From Vitrella brassicaformis CCMP3155 (lineage: Eukaryota; Protista; Chromerida), in contig CDMY01000898.1 in the NCBI GenBank assembly GCA_001179505.1, positions 1 to 12,362 of the forward strand: a DNA stretch of 12,362 nucleotides, written 5' to 3'. The notes under the pieces were generated by a model. It had not been told where the DNA came from and ran no database searches. It saw only the letters and a program-made list of their open reading frames with translations. The translations under genes and the position numbers were made by a program. Positions 8,136 through 12,362 of this stretch are shown here, piece after piece. The first letter of the stretch is position 1; the number at the start of each line of letters is the position of its first letter.

Positions 8136-9073
8136 GTTGCTGCTTGCTTCGCCTTAGGCGACAGAGATGATAATGCAGGAGTTCCCCTTGAAGGCCGTCG
8201 ACCAGAAGGCCCATGCCAAGACCAACGTGCTCATCCTCCACTACTGCCTGCGCTTCTGCCCCTCTGCCCTGGCCGTCGCCGCGCTATTCCTCCTCTTCCT
8301 CCACCAGAACTTCCACCGATCTGTCAAAGGCATCACCGTCGACACAATCGACAAACAGGCCATCGTCCACCCACTGGTCAGCCTGACGAACAACGATGGC
8401 AGAGTGGACGAGGCGCTGGGGGTGGTCGGGGCGCTCTGTGAGGGCTTCCAGTGGCACCACTGGCTCACAGGTGCTGATGAGAGGGAGGGAGGGGACAGCA
8501 CACACACAGGGGGCGGATGGCTGAATGGAATGCGTTGCCCTCTTATGTGTGGATGGGATGGCTGCAGGTGAGTGGGGCGGGTGCTACGCGGCCTTGGAGG
8601 AGCTCGGTGAGCTCATCCGCGACATTGCCGTGTCGGTGCCTGCCGCCCTGGCCGTGGATCTGGAGGAGTGGCTCGAGTACTGGCCGCCCATTCAGCTGCA
8701 CTTGGCCCAGCTGTTCGCCGCCCTCGCCACCACTCTGTTCATCACCCTCCTGGCCCTCTCGTTCGTCGACCGCTTTGAGAGTCTGCTGAAGCGCGGTCCC
8801 TTCCGCAATGTGCCGCTGGTCGTGACGGCCTCGGTGCTGCTGGTGGTGCAGGTGGCGGCCTCGCTGATCGTGCTGGCGGTGCAGCACACGTCGGCCACCA
8901 AGAGGTCTCAGGGGCCGTCGTGGGTGCTGTGGGTGGTGTTTGCGTGTTGGCCTGCGGTGGTGCTGGCCATCGATGAGACCATCAAGACGGTCGACAGGCG
9001 GCAGCACCAGAAGCTGCAGAAGTACCTGAGGATCGTCTTCAACACACGGCTGGGCATGTGGAGCCCAAAGTAG
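467..9073 (+). CDS. TMEM94: TMEM94/ERMA-family P-type ATPase-like multipass membrane protein, 24 exons, about 2190 aa
   Basis: Hand-spliced exons: 467-935, 1015-1097, 1161-1328, 1425-1623, 1730-2076, 2159-2355, 2422-2529, 2624-2690, 2766-3050, 3114-3269, 3361-3516, 3597-4063, 4207-4356, 4465-5130, 5211-5790, 5859-6758, 6837-6955, 7036-7189, 7294-7540, 7642-7721, 7810-7896, 7992-8060, 8158-8470, 8568-9073. The total of 6573 nt is divisible by 3, all phases are consistent, and there are 22 GT-AG introns plus 1 GC-AG. Blocks resembling TMEM94 as recalled: RDNEWRRMPYNM|VVEGDVFKLRAG; LLHTLNSTTVLCFCDKE|GLLT; LRFEEMTWRTHLATLTPLAL; CLCPVSRLIG; QIFLGM...AGIRFVYFS...LGLETGWNCMISL; LPSGIEDIRRHVLETDNVPLLMSLF; ILQ|EHGEVVTCIGS; LSASLTSLPCAL; C-terminal FNTRLGMWSPK*. 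Individual weak donors (2356, 5791) and the exact start (467 or 470) are less certain. Confidence 0.9.
2127..2155 (+). repeat. (GT)n microsatellite at the 3' end of TMEM94 intron 5
   Basis: GT dinucleotide run with one GC interruption, directly before the CAG acceptor (AG 2157-2158). Confidence 0.95.
3091..3108 (+). repeat. (TG)9 at the 3' end of TMEM94 intron 9
   Basis: Seen directly, just before the acceptor at 3112-3113. Confidence 0.95.
3571..3590 (+). repeat. (GT)10 at the 3' end of TMEM94 intron 11
   Basis: Seen directly, just before tctcag. Confidence 0.95.
4175..4194 (+). repeat. (GTCT)5 at the 3' end of TMEM94 intron 12
   Basis: Seen directly. Confidence 0.9.
5404..5430 (+). repeat. 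Coding (GCA)9 trinucleotide repeat (poly-Ala)
   Basis: Within exon 15; encodes the Ala run in SPTAAAAAAAAAAETQP. Confidence 0.95.
5608..5631 (+). repeat. Coding (GAGAGG)4 repeat (Glu-Arg dipeptide)
   Basis: Within exon 15; encodes ERERERER. Confidence 0.9.
7005..7030 (+). repeat. (TG)8-TT-(TG)4 at the 3' end of TMEM94 intron 17
   Basis: Seen directly, before atcag. Confidence 0.95.
7190..7293 (+). other. Putative GC-AG intron (TMEM94 intron 18)
   Basis: CAG|GCCAGT...TTGCAG|GAG joins MIGILQ to EHGEVVTCIGS in phase 0. No suitable in-phase GT donor lies near the exon end. The intron contains (ACAG)6 at 7211-7234. Confidence 0.75.
7618..7637 (+). repeat. (GT)10 at the 3' end of TMEM94 intron 19
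   Basis: Seen directly, before ttag. Confidence 0.95.
8101..8134 (+). repeat. Compound (CT)10(GT)7 microsatellite in TMEM94 intron 22
   Basis: Seen directly. Confidence 0.95.
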
Positions 9074-9322
9074 ATAGACAGATAAGCGTGTGTGTGTGAG
9101 TGTGGTGGGCGCGTGGTGGTGTGTGCAGACGGTGGAGGGTGGGCTCCTTAGTCAGGGTGTCGCCGTATCTATCTGTCTTTATTCGATGAGATGAATGATG
9201 ACAAGACAAGGAAGACATCAGTGAGTGTTTCTGTGGCCGGCCGGCGATGAAGCAAGCAATCAATCGCTTGTACGGGGCATTGACTCACATGTTGGTTCGT
9301 TCATCTTAGCTAACAGCACAGA

Positions 9323-9342
9323 GACAGACAGACAGACAGACA
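9323..9342 (+). repeat. (GACA)5 in the region between the convergent stops (TGTC repeat in the GT61 3' UTR sense)
   Basis: Seen directly. Confidence 0.9.
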
Positions 9343-9400
9343 GGCCGACAGATGACACCACACCGGCAGGCAGGCCACTCAGATCATCGCTCCTCCCTAT

Positions 9401-12058
9401 CTATCTATCTATAGCCGCGAATCGGATGTCCATGAGCACAGACTCCAACGCATCAAGTGGGACCGTCACGGGAGACGAGAACGCCGTCTCACGCAGTACC
9501 AGTGCCTACACACACACACACATCAACACAACACATCAACACACGCAGCGACTGCAGTGAGGGTAGTGAGTGGGTGTGTGGCGCGATGCGATCGTTCGTC
9601 GCCCACTACCCCACCCAGTAGGGCAGCTTGAGAGACTCGGCCATGTTCCTGAAGCACACCACACCACCACATCGATGGGTGTGGATGGATGGCTGGTCCA
9701 TCGGATCGGCAGGCAGTGTCCTCTCTCTACTAGCTGTGTGCCGTCCGACCGACCGACCAGTAGTACTCCTGGCCGCAATCCCACTCCCCGTAGCCCTCGA
9801 CAATACCTGCAAGGCACACAAACAAGAATGAGTGATGCGTTTCGTTGGTCCGTCCGTCCGGTGTGTGTCTGTTTCCATTTATTTACTTTGCTCACCCACC
9901 CCACCTACCCACCCTTGATGGGGATGATGTTGAGCACTCGAGTGCCTTCACGGCAGTACAGGATGTTCGACAGAGCAGCACCCTCCACACCTATCACCAG
10001 GTCGGCCTGCATTCACACACACGCAACCACACACACACACACACACGCACACGCACACAGAGATGTACCCATTGCAATGCATTGCGTGTGGGCTGGGCTT
10101 TCGGAACCCCGCCCACCCACCTGGTTGAATCTCTCCATTTGTTCCCGCAGCCCGACCGTCTCGGGCGCCAAGACATCCACAACCACAGCACCAGGCTGGT
10201 CCGCAAATACCCTCTCAACCACCCCCCTGACCCCATCGAGGTTCATCATGATGCGGTCGTTCTGGTGGGATCCCACCGCACCGGTACCCCTCTTCGGCAG
10301 ACGGTTGACCAGGAGGATCCTCCGCATTTGGTAATGTGATGCCTCCTCTTCTGGTGCTCGTGTGGGTGTTAAATTGTCGATGGTGGCGAGCATGTGTGTG
10401 CGTGTGGCGTTGAGGGTCGATGCGGCCTGGTACACACTCGCCTCACGCACTGTGGTCGTGTACAGCCGCCACGCATAATACAGCCTGCCACATGTCGTCA
10501 CGTCACACAACACATCCCACACGCCACGCACGTGGTGATGGCGGCCTGCCTTTGTGGGTGTCTGTCGTGTCCAGTAAGTTCCTCCCGCGTGCCTGCCTGC
10601 CTGCCTGCAAGGATTGTAGAAGACGATCTGCCTTTGTGGAATGGCCAGGAGGCCGAGGGCCTCCCGAACGAAGGGCCGGTCGTACACGAGTAGCTTGACA
10701 GATGGCGACCTCAGCAGCAGGGGGCGGACGGCGAGGAGCAGCGGCAGGCCTTCAGTCGTCCAGCTGCACAGAGACATACATGGACAGACAGACAGACAGC
10801 ACAGCACGCACACGTGTCTGCGTATGTGTGTGTGTGTGTGTGTGTGTGCGCGTGTGTGTGTGTGGCATTTACTTACTGGTAGTAGTTGATGGAGTACAGA
10901 AAGAGCCCCTGCACCAGCTCCTCATGCAACTGATACACAAGACAGACATGAGCGTCACACATACACTCACTCCATGAGTACTGCGCAGGGCAGGCAGGTG
11001 CACAGCACATGCCGCGATATCCGGTCGGTCAAATCACTCCCACCCACCCACCCACCTCCACAGTGGGGAATCGCAGCCACTCCGGTTCCTGGCTCCTCCT
11101 GTCCTCCCTCCCGCCACCCTCAGACACACACACGCTCCTCTTACCAGACGAAAAGTACCCTGGCGCACGGCATGCACAGGCAGACATGCACACAGACAGA
11201 CAGACACAGAGACAGACAGACAGACAGACAGAGAGAAACAAACCGGTCCCTCTGATGGATGGATGGCATCTACCTACCGATTTCGTCGTAGAGTCCATCC
11301 TCCTCGATCTCCTGCATCGTGAAGGTTCTGTTGGCCATCCGCACCAAGGCAGCCATCAGGAAGTGGCTCACAGGCGCCGAGAATGCCTCCCGCTGCATCC
11401 ACGGCCGCGACCGGTGTGGGTGCAGGTTCATCGCCGAGAACAGACCGCTCATGTCCTGAAACAAAGGCGACGAGAAAGCGCTATTCCGGTTGAACACGAT
11501 GCCCTCGTAGGACGCAAAGACGTTGTCCACAGAGAGGAGCCGGATGGAGGGGTATGAGGGACGGGGCTGCTCGAGCGTGGCGTCAGACGAGCACTTGGCA
11601 GGCAGGGACGAGGAGCCGACACGCCCGGACTCATCAAACAGCCGGGCGGGCGAGCGGCGTATCGGTACGGCCGTGTGGAAGACAGTCGACTCGTCCAGGG
11701 GAGCAGCGTTGAAGGGCGGGGCGGCCATGAGATCCGAAGGGTGGCTGAGGAGCTTCAGCGTCACTATCTCGTCCTTCACGCGAATCGCGTCGAGATGCCG
11801 CACTTGCTCGGTCCCAACGTCCGCAATGGCATATAAGCCTTGAGCGAAGTACTTGGACAGCACCGACAGCAGGCCGCCGTGCTTGATGGTCTGCAGCAGC
11901 CGGGGATAGATCCACGCAATGAGGACGCCGACGACGGCCATGCCGACAAGTCTGAGCCATCTTCGGCTCGTGCTGGCCGCCGCTGATGCCTCTGATGGAT
12001 GACGGCTGCCGGATGGCACAGATGCCCGAGGTGCCGGATGAGAAGTCTTCTTCGCCAT
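9401..12058 (-). CDS. Glycosyltransferase family 61 (DUF563-type) protein, type II membrane topology, 9 exons, about 580 aa
   Basis: Hand-spliced exons (minus strand): 12058-11278, 11159-11056, 10929-10877, 10763-10605, 10484-10121, 10006-9913, 9806-9758, 9648-9615, 9505-9401. The total of 1743 nt is divisible by 3. A short basic N-terminus precedes one hydrophobic anchor (WLRLVGMAVVGVLIAWIYP). GT61-type motifs: LVQGLFLYSINYYH|WTTEGLP, KLLVYDRPFVREALGLLAIP, RILLVNR...RIMMN, GLREQMERFNQ|ADLVIGVEGAALSNILYC, MAESLKLPYW|...VTVPLDALESVL. Sugar donor and acceptor cannot be assigned. Confidence 0.85.
10014..10058 (+). repeat. Imperfect (AC)n, i.e. sense (GT)n at the 3' end of GT61 intron 5
   Basis: Seen directly. 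Confidence 0.9.
10485..10604 (-). other. Putative GC-AG intron (GT61 intron 4), 120 nt, in frame and stop-free
   Basis: TGC AG|GCAGGC...TGTGGCAG|G CTG gives IVFYNPCRLYYAWRLY. The interval has GGCA repeats and a GT-rich 3' end like neighbouring introns, and no GT donor lies nearby. Confidence 0.6.
10825..10864 (+). repeat. (TG)n, i.e. sense (CA)n at the 5' end of GT61 intron 3
   Basis: Seen directly; interrupted once by cgcg. Confidence 0.95.
11192..11231 (+). repeat. Imperfect (ACAG)n, i.e. sense (CTGT)n in GT61 intron 1
   Basis: Seen directly. Confidence 0.9.
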
Positions 12059-12325
12059 TTTTGGACAGATGAAGCATCAGGGGGCCTTCCTACAGCCTCC
12101 GGCAGGCACAACAAGTCCCCCAGAACGGGAAACAATGAGTTTCGAAGAATCGCCGATCCGTCTGCGCGCTTAGCTTGGAGACAAGTAAGGCGCCCAGGCA
12201 AGCTGAGCGCGGTGCACGACCCCCCAGTGGATGGGCCGATTTGCGCGTTCGACAGAGAATGCGGATGTGTCCAAAAAACACGTCGATCACACTATCCATG
12301 CAATGAATTAAAGAACACATACAAT

Positions 12326-12333
12326 TGCATGCA
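12326..12333. promoter_or_regulatory. TGCATGCA palindrome upstream of the GT61 gene (candidate ApiAP2-type site)
   Basis: attTGCATGCAtg region, about 270 nt upstream of ATG 12058. TGCATGCA is a known ApiAP2 binding motif in apicomplexans, but a single 8-mer is weak evidence. Confidence 0.3.
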
Positions 12334-12362
12334 TGTCCTTCTCCCTTTTGTAGAGCTGTGTG

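Noticed and set aside
467-9073. Calling the large gene a canonical SERCA/PMCA/P5 ATPase
   Set aside because: It lacks intact TGES, DKTGT, TGD, GDGxND and PEGL motifs, while the LGLETGWNC, DNVPLL and LGMxSP blocks point to the TMEM94 family.
10971-10980. Apparent 10-nt micro-exon (CAG|TACTCATGGA|GTGAGT, minus strand) in GT61 intron 2
   Set aside because: It needs a 41-nt intron and breaks the frame with the parsimonious exon 11159-11056, which already joins PTVE to LHEELVQ in phase 0.
11145-11159. Possible 15-nt micro-exon ending at the GTAAGA donor (11144)
   Set aside because: It would need a 46-56 nt intron with a purine-rich acceptor. Reading through as one exon (11159-11056) keeps the frame with fewer assumptions.
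2127-11231. Regularly recurring repeats as a CRISPR array or mobile element
   Set aside because: They are simple di- and tetranucleotide microsatellites inside introns. There are no conserved direct repeats with unique spacers, terminal inverted repeats, target-site duplications, or transposase/RT motifs.
9074-12058. Functional link between the TMEM94-like gene and the GT61 gene (both likely secretory-pathway proteins)
   Set aside because: Adjacency in a compact eukaryotic genome is not evidence of co-function. The genes are convergent and share no promoter.
475-12320. Many overlapping ORFs of 60-250 aa on both strands in the ORF track (e.g. 6940-7563 -, 4393-4971 -, 11634-12077 -, 9570-10334 +)
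   Set aside because: These are antisense or off-frame shadows of GC-rich exons, or exon-intron chimeras containing CVCVCV/THTHTH microsatellite translations, with no independent motifs.

Overview
Intron-dense, GC-rich eukaryotic genomic DNA. Short introns (63-143 nt) full of GT/AC and GACA/TGTC microsatellites suggest a chromerid alveolate such as Vitrella; this is an inference from sequence style only. Two convergent spliced genes fill the window. (1) Plus strand 467-9073: a 24-exon gene (hand-spliced CDS 6573 nt, 2190 aa) encoding a TMEM94/ERMA-family degenerate P-type ATPase-like membrane protein, greatly enlarged by low-complexity insertions. (2) Minus strand 12058-9401: a 9-exon gene (CDS 1743 nt, 580 aa) encoding a type II membrane glycosyltransferase family 61 (DUF563-type) protein. 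A possible minus-strand coding fragment runs off the left edge. Most ORFs in the supplied track are exon+intron chimeras or antisense shadows. Best leads: AC-rich 5' and GU-rich 3' intron halves that could form hairpins; vestigial catalytic P-type ATPase motifs (SSLRYES, DKEG, KSRP) and a GMW in place of GMN in the TMEM94 homolog; two putative GC-AG introns; an EGA in place of HGA in the GT61 protein. All gene models and alignments were done by eye, and reference motifs are recalled from memory.
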